Below, in pieces: positions 11,971 to 24,395 of a stretch of DNA of 64,000 nucleotides; positions within the stretch are counted from its first letter, which is position 1; each line of letters opens with the position of its first letter. This DNA comes from Paraspadella gotoi. Taxonomy: Eukaryota; Animalia; Chaetognatha. The position numbers were made by a program, and so were the translations under genes. The notes under the pieces are model-generated. The model ran no database searches and was not told the origin of the DNA. It was given only the letters and a program-made list of their open reading frames with translations. The stretch is from NCBI GenBank assembly GCA_051294375.1, contig CM119265.1, positions 16,791,304-16,855,303 of the forward strand, read 5' to 3'.

Positions 11971-13160
11971 GCGAGGGGGTGGAGCGGTGGGATCTTATTG
12001 TTCGTGCTGGCTGTGAGAAGGTTAGAGAGCATTCTAGAGGAAACGGAATAATCATAGATTGGAGGTGAAGTTTCGCAACTGAAGGAAAGGTATAAGAGGG
12101 GGAGGGTGAGAGGATGAAGAGAAAATGGAGTTGGTGGGGAGGGTTGAGTGAGGGGGACGAGGAATCTGATAATGCGAGAATGGAGGTAGATGGAGGAGTG
12201 AGGGGCATCGGATGGAGGTTTCGAGAGGTTTGGGGTAGGTCCTGTGGGCGGAAACGGGTTGTTGTGTCTTCCGCGAAGGGAGCTGGCGACAAGAAAGAGG
12301 AAAGTTTGGGTGAGAAGGTAGACGAGGGCGGTGAAGGCGAGGGCTTGGAGGAATTTGGTCTGTCGAGAAGAGGAGGAATTGTGAGTGAGATAAGTGAGAG
12401 GGAGGGGGAGCGGAGCCTAGGTTCGAGAGATTGGAACGCATACAAGAACCCGTTTTTGAATAAACAGACCGGGCGTTGAGCGGCCCAGGCGGGACGTGAC
12501 GATGTTTTTTCCAGGGAATGTAATAGGCGGAGTTGTATTTCAGGGGTGGATAGTAATCTATTGTAGCCGAATATTCATAGCCGCAAGTTGCGTTTCTCAT
12601 GATTTAGTCAACTAAAAAGAATAAAAAGAGCCTGCGAGCGGTGGATGGGGGGTGTTCTTAAACCAGGTTGGAAAAAAGATATCAATTGGTCTTGAGTGCT
12701 AGTTAGACCCATGTCTCATAGCAGGGTTGAATGAGGAACCAGAAAGACATTCACTCTGGGGACTGAATAGAAAAGAATAGAAAAAGACTGAAGACAACGA
12801 ATGGCAACAAGGAATAACGTGCAAAGGCGTGTTTCCAGAGACAGATGAAGAATACAGAGAATAGGTGTGATTCATTTTCATTGTACTCAACAATTACAAA
12901 TATATATAAGAGCACTAGAGATGAGGCTCAGACAAACTGCGGCTCATGGTGAATACCAACTGACCAAATTAATCCGGTAAGTTGAAGGAGCACTGTATTT
13001 GCTAGCGCGCCACTCGTTGTATTCTTATTCAGTGAATGCTTTTGCAGCCATGTGTGCTTGTCACCGTCGACAATTTTTTTGGATAATAATTATTTAAATC
13101 AAAAATGCGTAGGAGCACAGTCTGAACTTAAAAGGCCAAATGGCTAATGTAACCTTAAGG
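11971..13160. other. Low-quality segment: insertion-riddled copy of ~13165-13400 followed by unalignable sequence
   Basis: 12255 cgggttgttgtgtcttccgcg...aagaaagaggaaagtttgg matches 13311 cgggttgtgtcttccgaggcgaaagaaaaggaaagtttgg. 12040 gaaacggaataatcatagattggag matches 13209 gaaacggaaaataagattggag. Confidence 0.75.
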
Positions 13161-14901
13161 ACCCAGCTCTCGCGGGGGAATCTTTGTCGCTTAGAATTAG
13201 GCATCTGAGAAACGGAAAATAAGATTGGAGTTTCAAAGGGATGAGTGAGGGAGAGGGGATCTGTAGCGATGGGTGAGGGCGTGGGAGGTTCGGTTGGGGA
13301 GTTAGCGGAACGGGTTGTGTCTTCCGAGGCGAAAGAAAAGGAAAGTTTGGAAGGAGGGAAGCGTTGATTTTCTTCGGAGATTTTGGGATATGAATGAGGC
13401 GGTGAAATTCGGCGCAGCGGCGGCGGCAAGAAGGGTCTCTTGAATTCATGAAGCGAATACGAATACATCGTCGTNNNNNNNNNNNNNNNNNNNNNNNNNN
13501 NNNNNNNNNNNNNNNNNNNNNNNNNNNNNNNNNNNNNNNNNNNNNNNNNNNNNNNNNNNNNNNNNNNNNNNNNNNNNNNNNNNNNNNNNNNNNNNNNNNN
13601 NNNNNNNNNNNNNNNNNNNNNNNNNNNNNNNNNNNNNNNNNNNNNNNNNNNNNNNNNNNNNNNNNNNNNNNNNNNNNNNNNNNNNNNNNNNNNNNNNNNN
13701 NNNNNNNNNNNNNNNNNNNNNNNNNNNNNNNNAGGCGTACAGAAGAGACATGGGGTTGTTAATAATTGAGGGCGGTGGCTTAATAATTATGAAAGGGAAT
13801 TGTTGGGTTTTGAGGAAGGAAGTGGAGAGTAAAAAATAATTACATGATAATATCACGTGTTATTACAAGTTAATTAATTAAATACATGTTACTATTACGT
13901 GGTATTGAAAATGACGAATGAAGTACTTTAGAGACAGTGACTTTTTTTCTTTCTTTACATACAAATCTTTAAACTCTTCATTCCCTCTTTCATTTTTGTT
14001 AAAAAAAAAAAAGAAGATAATTCCGATAACCTTGACTTTTTCTTTTTTCAAAGCGGGTTGTCTTAGAGTTAAAGCAAAACGCGTACTGTATATTGAATTT
14101 TTCCAACGCTGTATTAACTTTGATTTCCTCCCTTTTTATCCAAATCAAATACAAAGGTAAAAGGAGAAAAAAAAATGAACGCCCCCCCAAAAAAAAAAAA
14201 TAAATCCAATGGGATCGTTAAGGAACGTGACAAAGAAAAAACTACATAAAGAAAAACTCTAAAAAGTTTTGGGTAGTCAACCATTTTTTTGATTTAATGC
14301 ATCGTTAAAGGGAAAAGAACCAGGAAACTCTGAAACTAAAAATTGACTTTTTGTATCGAATTAAGAATTCTACGGCTTTTAAAAGGAATATTTTTACGGC
14401 TCTTTCTTTTTTTCACCCCTAGTTTTTTTTTNNNNNNNNNNNNNNNNNNNNNNNNNNNNNNNNNNNNNNNNNNNNNNNNNNNNNNNNNNNNNNNNNNNNN
14501 NNNNNNNNNNNNNNNNNNNNNNNNNNNNNNNNNNNNNNNNNNNNNNNNNNNNNNNNNNNNNNNNNNNNNNNNNNNNNNNNNNNNNNNNNNNNNNNNNNNN
14601 NNNNNNNNNNNNNNNNNNNNNNNNNNNNNNNNNNNNNNNNNNNNNNNNNNNNNNNNNNNNNTCTCTCTCTCTCTCTCTTTCCTTTTGAATTCTCTTGGCG
14701 ATGTTTGTCTTCATTCAGAAAGAGAAAGAGATATGAATAGATGCAAAGTAAAAAGGAAAAAAAAATTCACAGAGAAGCATTAAAAAAAAAAGAAGAATAA
14801 AAACACCGAGAAAAATTAGCGAGGAAAATTCGTTCGATGATGTATGCTCGGCTAAAGTACCCTTCTCCCACAGACTTTTAAAGATTTTAAAATTCCCTCC
14901 C

Positions 14902-14905
<4 letters not shown>

Positions 14906-14951
<46 letters not shown>
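14906..14951. repeat. (CT)n microsatellite
   Basis: Read directly from sequence. Confidence 0.95.
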
Positions 14952-14955
<4 letters not shown>

Positions 14956-15167
14956 GCCGAAAAAATTTGCATATTGCTATTCTTAGTTCGAACGGTTGCT
15001 CATTTTTTTTCCGCAGTGTTGCGGTGAATTTATATGAAATGTGGGTTTGTCGTTTCCGAGCTCGACGCCTGGTGCGCTCTCAATCAAGGGCGACGACGAC
15101 GAAATTCCGCCATCTTGAATTCTCCGCCTGCTGCAGTCATTATCAATATGTATATTCGCGGCTTCTC

Positions 15168-15365
15168 GAAGATGACGACGAAGACGACGACGAAGACGAC
15201 AGGGAAAATATATCTAAGCAAAGATGGAGATTGGGGAGCGAGGAAACCACGATGACAAAAAAAGAGAAGATGACGACAACGAAGAAAATGATGACACCGA
15301 CGTCAATGACAATGACAACTACGCCTAGCACAACAACAACAACAACGACGCCTCCAACAACGACG
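15168..15365. repeat. Degenerate trinucleotide (GAC/GAT/CAA)n region
   Basis: gatgacgacgaagacgacgacgaagacgac and acaacaacaacaacaacgacg. Confidence 0.8.
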
Positions 15366-15505
15366 CAGAATCTTGGCGCAACTTTTATGCGCAGATGTTT
15401 TCATCAAAGACGCCGCCTTGCATAAGTGACGGTCGGAGAAAAAAAAAGAAAAGACAAAAGGGAAATCCTGAATTTTCATTCGGGATAAATACACAACCAG
15501 TGAAG

Positions 15506-15507
<2 letters not shown>

Positions 15508-15551
<44 letters not shown>
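15508..15551. repeat. (GA)n microsatellite
   Basis: Read directly from sequence. Confidence 0.95.
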
Positions 15552-15555
<4 letters not shown>

Positions 15556-16031
15556 GAATGAGATGTCAAGTGAAACAAATATGGTTGACGCTTGATTTTA
15601 AAGGCGTGAGTTCGAGATGCTAGAACCGATATATAATTTTTTATATAGCTCTAGCTTTCTTAATAATTAAAAAAAAAAAGAATATGATTTGAATTTGATT
15701 ACAGTGTAAATAAATAAGGTACATTAGAGTTAAGCTTTTTAAAAGTAGTACGTTTTTGAATTAATGTCCAAAATCGCTGACATTCTTGTAATACTTTACA
15801 TTAAAGATATCGAATGTCGAATTTTTCATAAACAGTACGGGTCGGTCTAATTCTATAAAATAAAAAGAGGTGTAACCGTCCCTTATTTTTATAAAACGCA
15901 TAATCCGATTATTTTTTTTTCACGTAATCCTCATCCCCAGATTAAATTATCAATTAATAAACGAAGGATAAAAACCGAAGAAAAATTGAAGCAAATTGAA
16001 TTTTTGCGTCGTCGATCCCGTCGCGTCTCGT

Positions 16032-16204
16032 GGGGTGGAAAAGGGTTGCGAGAGTGGAGTGAGAGGGGTGGAAAAGGGTTGCGAGAGTGGAGTGAGAGGG
16101 GTGGAAAAGGGTTGCGAGAGTGGAGTGAGAGGGGTGGAAAAGGGTTGCGAGAGTGGAGTGAGAGGGGTGGAAAAGGGTTGCGAGAGTGGAGTGAGAGGGG
16201 TGGA
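16032..16204 (+). repeat. 33-bp G-rich minisatellite, 5 identical units plus an 8-nt partial unit
   Basis: Unit GGGGTGGAAAAGGGTTGCGAGAGTGGAGTGAGA starts at 16032, 16065, 16098, 16131 and 16164; partial at 16197. Confidence 0.97.
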
Positions 16205-19079
16205 GTTTGCAAGGCTGGTGGAGAAGGTTGTTCTTGGGCTGGAGGATGGGATTAAGCTCTGAGAGAGAGCCAACATTTTACTATCAGATTAAGTTTCAAG
16301 TACATTTTATGAGAACTAAACGACATTGTATTCTTGCGATGGGATCGTTCACGATAGTCCAAGATCTGTGAATGCGTCGGCACATGGAGACGAGTGGAGG
16401 GCGTGAACCGGAAGAAGCGATTCACTTTTGCCGCGAAATAATTGATTCGTGAGAAGGAATAATTTTTCAGGATTCGATTCGAAAAACTCGAAAAGAAAAA
16501 AAAAAGAAGGAAAGAAGTGTTGAGAAAAAAAAGGAAGAAATATTAAAAGAAAAGAAATTGAAAATAAATTGGGAAAGTAACTTGATAATTGGTCGCGTGC
16601 TGAAGGAGGAATTTAAAAGAAAATTTGTCTCATCGATAAATCACGAAGAAAACATGGCTTTTTTGCGGTTAATTTTTTTAATATGTGGAGATTTTGACGA
16701 CAACGACGAAAAAGAAGATGAAAACGGTGAAAATGATAGCAGTCTTAATATCGCAGAATGAGAAGTNNNNNNNNNNNNNNNNNNNNNNNNNNNNNNNNNN
16801 NNNNNNNNNNNNNNNNNNNNNNNNNNNNNNNNNNNNNNNNNNNNNNNNNNNNNNNNNNNNNNNNNNNNNNNNNNNNNNNNNNNNNNNNNNNNNNNNNNNN
16901 NNNNNNNNNNNNNNNNNNNNNNTCCTCGACTTTCCCCCCAATTGCGCTTGCTAATGAAATAAAGACAGCCTTGTTAAGTATCAAAGGTTTTTTTTAAATG
17001 ACTCGAGGAGAAAAAGAAAAAAAATAAAAGAAAGAAAAGCAAGAAAAAGAAAGAGGAGCCGAATTAATTTTCCTTGGATTCAATAAACTCGTTTTTCCAA
17101 CAAATTTCCTTCGACAATGGCGTTCTCTGTTCATGGCAACGACACACTTTTGAATGCGATGGGAAAAGAAGAAATAAATAGATGTATTTTATTTGATAAA
17201 CTTGATATTGTCTTCCGCCGTTTCATGAGTCGTGAAAGTTTTTATTTTAATGTATCTCTTTAAGTAATAAAATGTAAAATATGTAACTTCAAATTTTTTT
17301 TTTTGGTAGGAATCCGTACCACTGTGTGAAAGTTTTAATGTTAGTCTCTCTTTCTTTCTCGGATTTAATTTCTTTTCCTTTTTCACTTTATACACGTCTT
17401 TTCTTTTCAATCTCGGGGAGATAAAAACCATTCAAAAGTCCCTTCATTCGGGTTTTTCAATCGGGGCGCGGGATGTAACCGAATTAAATGATTCCTTTTT
17501 ATCTCTTTTCACTTCGCGATTCCTTGTCGAATCGATTTTTTTTTTCGCGATTGTCAAAAGTTTAAATGCAAATTGCGCCGATAAGAGTAGAACTAGAAGG
17601 ACTTTTTAGGAGATTTCTTTTTTGGAGACGAAGATTAGAGACGGAAAGTCGACCGAAGCAATCTGAAAAAAANNNNNNNNNNNNNNNNNNNNNNNNNNNN
17701 NNNNNNNNNNNNNNNNNNNNNNNNNNNNNNNNNNNNNNNNNNNNNNNNNNNNNNNNNNNNNNNNNNNNNNNNNNNNNNNNNNNNNNNNNNNNNNNNNNNN
17801 NNNNNNNNNNNNNNNNNNNNNNNNNNNNNNNNNNNNNNNNNNNNNNNNNNNNNNNNNNNNNNNNNNNNNNNNNNNNNNNNNNNNNNNNNNNNNNNNNNNN
17901 NNNNNNNNNNNNNNNNNNNNNNCCTCAATCGGCCGCCAGCTGTCGTAATTGTAATCAAAGAAAGTTGAAGAATTGACTGCTTCTTGTTCTCCTTCCTGAC
18001 ATATTTAGTTCAAAAAAGTCCTGATTAATCAAAGCTGTTGTGAGACTCTCTTGATTTCGCCTGCATCTAGAAAAAAAAAATCTCTTTCAATGGTGGTACA
18101 CCGCAAATTTTTTTTTTCATATCGCTACTTTTTTTTCTCATTTCTATGCCACTTTTTTTTTTCAAGGTGGCTAATCATAAAAAAGAACTTTGCTGATTTT
18201 ATTCAAATTTTTTTTAAGTAAAAAAAAAAAAAAATCTTGATATTGAGGCTAAATAGGGTTAATGAATGGGGGTGAAACCGGACAAAGCGCGGGTCTCGTT
18301 GCGTTGGAAAAGGGATTAATGGATAAATTCTTTACGATAAAATCCTTTTTTGACGCCAGTCACTTAATCTTTTAAAGGGAGGGGGCGGCGGTGTGGTGAA
18401 ATAAAAAAAAAATCGATGCGAATCGGGTCATGAAGTCGGCCGAGCGGGATTGGATCGCCGGACTTTCGAGGCTGGGATCGAGCGGTTTCTCCGATAAATG
18501 TTAACTTTGATTTCGTAGGAGAATATCATTAGTGGCATCGATTGCCCTGTGCCGTTTCAGCGAACATGGTCATCGATCGGTTATCATCGTAGGCAAGAAA
18601 TTTTCAATTAAATTAAATCCGGAAATTAAACGTCATAACTCGAGTCATTTGTCCCGCGTTTCTCTGCTGCGGGTGTCAATATCAATAAAAAGCACAAATG
18701 GATCGAATCACAATGGAANNNNNNNNNNGGAAGTTTGGACAAAGAAAATCGCGAAAGAAGTAGAACCAGTCTTTCCCTTCTGTTCTTTCTTTTCTTTTCC
18801 TTTCTTTTTTTCTCTTTTTTTCGTTTGTTTGCTGAGGCGACGATCACTTTTGAAGCCTGAGAACCAAAAAAAACCTAAAAAAGAAGTTTTTTTGCCAAAA
18901 AACATTAGTAAATGACAAAAATTTGGGGGTNNNNNNNNNNNNNNNNNNNNNNNNNNNNNNNNNNNNNNNNNNNNNNNNNNNNNNNNNNNNNNNNNNNNNN
19001 NNNNNNNNNNNNNNNNNNNNNNNNNNNNNNNNNNNNNNNNNNNNNNNNNNNNNNNNNNNNNNNNNNNNNNNNNNNNNNN

Positions 19080-19113
<34 letters not shown>

Positions 19114-22100
19114 CAAAGCGAATCAGTAAGTAGCTCTTGGCAAATAAAAAATAGACATCAAAGAAGGGAGCCTAAAACTTTTGGCCAAAAAATTACGGAA
19201 AAAACGATTATATTCTTCGGCGCGGAGACAAAGTATGTCGGACAATAGAATATAAATAGAAACCGAGTCGACGACGAAGTCACCGAAAATATGGGGGAGA
19301 GAAAGTCAACAAAAAAGTCAACAATGAGCGACGAGAACGCAAATGAAAAAAAAAGAGACGAGTCGCCGGGACACCAATTTTTTTGTTGTTTTGACTTGTC
19401 TAAAAAGCCTTCGTTCGTCGTCACTACTGATTCATAATTCCGTAAATTTCCGTCATTTTTTTGCCACTAAAATTCGGGATCAATCGTGATTGACATTTTC
19501 CCTCCTTTTCGGACTTTTTTCTCCCGTTTTTTTTNNNNNNNNNNNNNNNNNNNNNNNNNTTTTGTTATCTCTTGACTGGAGAGGTGGAGCGTCGAATTGC
19601 CACTCTGCCCCTTGACGTTCCCCCCCCTGAAACCCCCCGAGATTCTCCCCCCCTTCACCGCAACCCCCGCATAGCGAAACGCGACCATGGTGTCAATCCT
19701 CGACGGCGCACGGACTTTTTGAATCGGACCTTTTTGATCGGACCACCCGAGCGGCCTTCCGACGAGCGGTTGGATGCCTTAGATGAGTAGGGTCCCTCCG
19801 AATACCAACCCGCTATCCAAGGGATATTAGAAATTAAACGGAATTTCCCAACGCCCACGGCTTCGAACAATTCGTAGAGTTCTTCCCGAATAATCGATTT
19901 TTGATCAACAGAGATCCGATCTAATACGAGACTGAAAATGTTCTACTGTGGCACAGTGGCTCTGAAAATTGAATAGGATCCTTCCGAGGCGTTAAGCGAA
20001 AGCAATATTCAATAAACTGGTTAAATGTGAGAATCGATAAACTATTTCAATATCCTCAATAAACTGGCCATGATGATTTACGCCGACGCGGTGGAATAAA
20101 AAAAAAAGTATTTGCTTTTCTCGTCCGACCAAAATAAAAAAATAAAAAAACAAATTAGGAAAAAAAGGAGCAAAAACTCGGACACTCCCTGAAAGTGCCC
20201 CATTTATTTTAATTAAACCCATAAGAAAAAAGACATAAAAAAAGAGGGCTTTTTTCCCGTTGAGCCGAAGCAACTCTATAGCTGTGAAATATGGTACCGC
20301 TAAAAAAAAAAAACACCGCCTAATTTTTTTTCTCAACACAAGAGAAAAAGAGCAAAGTTAAAAAAAATATTATAAAATAAAAAACTCTGGAAAAAAGAAA
20401 ATAGGCGCTACCAACTTCGGCCTCTAATCCTAATCAAGTTCAATCTGGTTTGAGATCTTTTTCGGGGGCTCGCCCCATCTCAATAGTAATACCGGTTCGG
20501 GATATGCGGAAAAAAAAAAGTGAAAAGATTTCATCGTCTGGAGAAAAAAAAGGAATTCTTTTAAAGAGTAGGGGGCGATGAAAGGGGATGTTAGGTTAGG
20601 AGAGAGGAAAAAATACCTTTTTTAAGGCGCGGGGTTTGTATGAAAAAAAATCCCTATTTTTTGAAGGGGAGTGTGGTGTATGAAGAGGAAAAGGCGTTAA
20701 TTCTCCAGCAAGTGGAAAAGAAGTGAGAGAGGAAAGAATCGCGCGATTCTTGCCTCCGGATTCTTTTCACTCGACACTAGACTCGTTCGCATTCACGGTG
20801 GAATTCAGAATTTCGTTTTGAGTTTCCTTTTTCACCTTTTTCTATTTTCTTTCTTTTCCAGTCCCTTCACACGCCCATCGCACATCGGCCGGAAGAGAAA
20901 AAAAAGTGGGCTAGGGGTGATTTCATTCCCAATTTTCGCCCCTAATCGGGAGACCAGAAAATGATTTGTTTTTTTATTCAAGGGAGAGAGCGGATTCTTT
21001 CGTTTCCTGCCTGGATTATGCGATTCGATTGTCCGAATTTCTTTGAGAGAAATTCCTGGGAGTCTAAGGGACCCGAACATTCAAAACGACGGGATCGAGT
21101 TTTAAGGGACGAAAGATTTCGACGGTTTGGGATTCGAGCGAGACGAATTACAAGCAATTTTGCACAAAGATTTATCGACGATTCGAAGGAGAATTGGTAG
21201 AGACCCGTGGTAATTTATGAATTACGTTTCTGAAGACTTTGACTTAAATCGAGATCGAAGGAGCCTCTTTGATAGAATTGAACCAGATGCTTCGACGACT
21301 AAGAGTCGTATAAATATCGATGAGATCGGAAATTGGATTCTGTATCTCAATTTGCTGACTGAGAATTGATAAGCAATGAACACAAAGGTCTGATATCAAT
21401 GGGATTCGAAATAGGGTTTAGTTAGGATTGTTCCTATCAAGTTCTTGCATTTGTTAGAACATTCATTTTATTACTTTGCCTCCGAGTGTTGTTTATTATG
21501 GGGAAGTATCTATACGGGTTTGTAAATACGCTTGATAGTGTAGCAGAGTCCCGATTATTAATACACTGACGCCAAAAATAGCTTTTACTCCAAAGGGCCA
21601 ATGATTAAACTAGAAATTACATAGCCAAAGTCTTACGAATGGAACTCATGGCATAATACTCAGATTGAGCGTCCGCAGCTTTTCGCCCAATGTGTCCTAG
21701 CTTCCCTCATGCAGTTGCCCCCTTAACCCATAACCTTTCATAGGTCCCCACAGTCAAAACAAACAGCAAGAGCAACGACACATAAGCGTCGACGGTTATC
21801 GTCATCTTCGTCGGTTTCGTCGTTTCGTCGTCGTCATCGTCTTCAGGCGTGTCGTCAAATTCTTAAACGAACTAATCATCGACGAAAGGAATCAATCGCG
21901 TCTTCGAAATGATTTTCGCCGCTCGACGAAAAAAAAAAACGCCCATCGCGATTCGCCGCCTCCCCGCTCTTCGGGGCGGGTGGCGGCGTCGCAGGCGTCA
22001 TCGCCAAACGGAAACGCGGCACCGAAGCGAGGCCCCGTCGGCACATCATTTCTTTTTTTTCGGTGGCGAAGAGAAAAGAAAAGAAATTCATGTCGACATT

Positions 22101-23727
22101 TTATCGCTTTGAATATGCATGCGGAGCGGCGTTCTCTCTCATATAACGATTCTCTCATTTCTTCATTTTCTTTCATTGATTTTATTTTCTTCTTCTTTCC
22201 CCGTCGACGATTTTCGTTAGTGATGGAAAATTCTCCGCCAAGCCGTCGCTCCTTTTTTTTTGTCTCTCTCTCTTCTCTTTTATTCGATTTTCCCCTTTTT
22301 TTTTTGCCGCTCGATTTCCCGCTTTGTTATTCCGCCCGAAGATGGCGGAGAAGTCTTTCATAAAATAGGAGTGGGAGGGGAGGAGGAGAGACAGTTTGGG
22401 TTAAGGTTGATAGATCGATGACGGCAGCGACTTGTGACGATGTGCACGAATCAAATCGACCTTCAATAACTGCCGGGGCGCACTTTTGAGCTATACGTAA
22501 AGCCGCGGGATATGTGGCTTTTCGGCACCCGTAAGACATGCGCGGCGCAAGTAAACGACGGCAGCTGCGGCAGCGGAGCCGACGCTATAGAGTACCGGCG
22601 TCCGTCTCCGCGATACTAAACAATTGCGCCAATGTGAAAAGTCAATCGAGTCACTCTATCACACTGCATTTTACGCCGTCTCACGACTCTACTTACAAAA
22701 GCACCAGCCCGGTCAGCCCCAAACCACCACATAACCCACAACCCACACCCAGGGTCCACCCACCCCCCACCCGGGCCACATCCCACATCCCTCACCATCA
22801 ACTCGAGGCCGACGTCTCCGTTTCGACGACGGAGAGGAGAGGAAAAACTGGGTCTTTCGATGAAAAAGTTCAAAGCCTCTTTTCAATTAATGTCATTCAT
22901 GCATATTATTCATCACAATCTTTATTCCTTCCCTTTTGCGTTCTTCCTTTTTTTTTTCTCTATCTTACGCGAATTTTAATGTCCGGACTGCGTCGGCCGA
23001 ACAAGAGAATAAAAAACGACGGCAGCGATTCGTCGCGTTGGCTCGAGCACGCGCGCCTAACACTCCTCCGTTCTCTAGTTCTAACACTCCGAACCTCCAC
23101 CAATTCGATAACAGGCCTAGGAACAATGTGCAATCACCCCAGCTCCACAACGTCCGCCTGAATCACCTCAAAACCCATAACCGTCTCTAATGGTTTCTCA
23201 CTTACGCAAACATTTCCAGGGTTCGACTCGTCGTGGTCGGGCCTCCCTCGTAAATTATTCGATTATTGTTATTGTTTAATTTGCATTGTATTCTTTGATT
23301 TCTAAAACTTTACAGAATAAAATTTATCTATTGGATTGAAATGACTTTCGCCAGGTTCGTCTTCACTACAATTTATTTCATCACTCTCTCCTCTCTCTGC
23401 ATTCCTTTCCCCCCATCTCTTCCTCTCTTTTTCCCTTCTCAACGTTCCCCATCACTTCTCCCCACTAAATTACACCTCGCCTCCCAACCACTTTTTTTTT
23501 GTTTTCTTCCAAAGAGAGAAAGTCTTGGAGCGGAGATATCGTTATTATTATTATTGAGAGAGAGAGAGAGAAAAAAAAAAGGGGAAAAGAAAAATATAAA
23601 TATTAGAATCGAAAACAAAAAGGGAAATCAGAATCTCATAAAACAAGAAACAAATATCGGAAGAGAAAGAGAGGGAGAGAAGGAGAATATAATGTGTTGT
23701 TCGTAGGGCAAGAGAGGCATCCAAGCT

Positions 23728-23787
<60 letters not shown>

Positions 23788-24335
23788 TCTCTCTGCAACG
23801 ATAAATATTTGAGATGTGTAAGTATAAAGTAAACTCAGGATCACATTTCGAATTCAAAAAATTTTTCTCTTTCTACCAAAATATTGTATTTAAATAAAAA
23901 AAAACAAGATCTTTTTTTGTTTTCAATGTTTTCATTTCTCGACTACAGCGCGTAGTAAACGAATAAACTGGCCCTCCCCGTCCCCTCGAGACAACATTGC
24001 TCCCTCAAAATTTCAATCCCGGTTTTAATCTTCACGCTCTCCTTTTCCCTTTTCTCCCAAACTCGTCCACCATCCCCTTCTACCCCTACCCCCCCTGGTA
24101 CCACAATGCTCAATTGTTTGAGAAAGGACAATTTCCAAATGGCAGCAAGGAGTTTTAACCTTTTAGTATAAAGGCGGAAATGCCAGCCCTTCCTTCCCTC
24201 GGGCGGATTTTTGCAAATGATATGTTATTTTTTCTTTAATTTTCTCTTTACACGCACTCTCAAAAAAAAAAAGATATTGTGATCTTCAAATGCCAAAAAT
24301 GTGGAAATCTCGTATGTTTTGCATTTGATTTGTTG

Positions 24336-24395
24336 GCGCTGGCGGCGGCGGCGGCGGCGGCGGCGCGGCGGCAGCGGGGGCGGCGTGGGCGGCGC
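24336..24395. repeat. (GGC)n GC-rich microsatellite (also ~41398-41442 and ~45630-45676)
   Basis: ggcggcggcggcggcggcgg. Confidence 0.9.

Noticed and set aside
11678-13468. Two apparently paralogous Pro/Ser-rich ORFs sharing an EDTT motif
   Set aside because: One is an error-laden copy of the other's DNA; no recognisable domain
14967-15425. 152-aa ORF with Asp and Thr runs after an acceptor-like ttttttccgcag
   Set aside because: Built from trinucleotide repeats with no domain or matching donor; an exon cannot be excluded without RNA-seq
16032-16204. 33-bp repeats as a CRISPR array
   Set aside because: Units are contiguous with no spacers, there are no cas genes, and the context is eukaryotic
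19575-19688. C-rich 115-bp insertion unique to copy 1
   Set aside because: Sits at the very start of the fill next to the 25-N gap and is absent from copy 2; likely read-end noise
22538-23161. 207-aa ORF
   Set aside because: The frame is not kept in copies 2 and 3, and the 5' part lies in doubtful sequence
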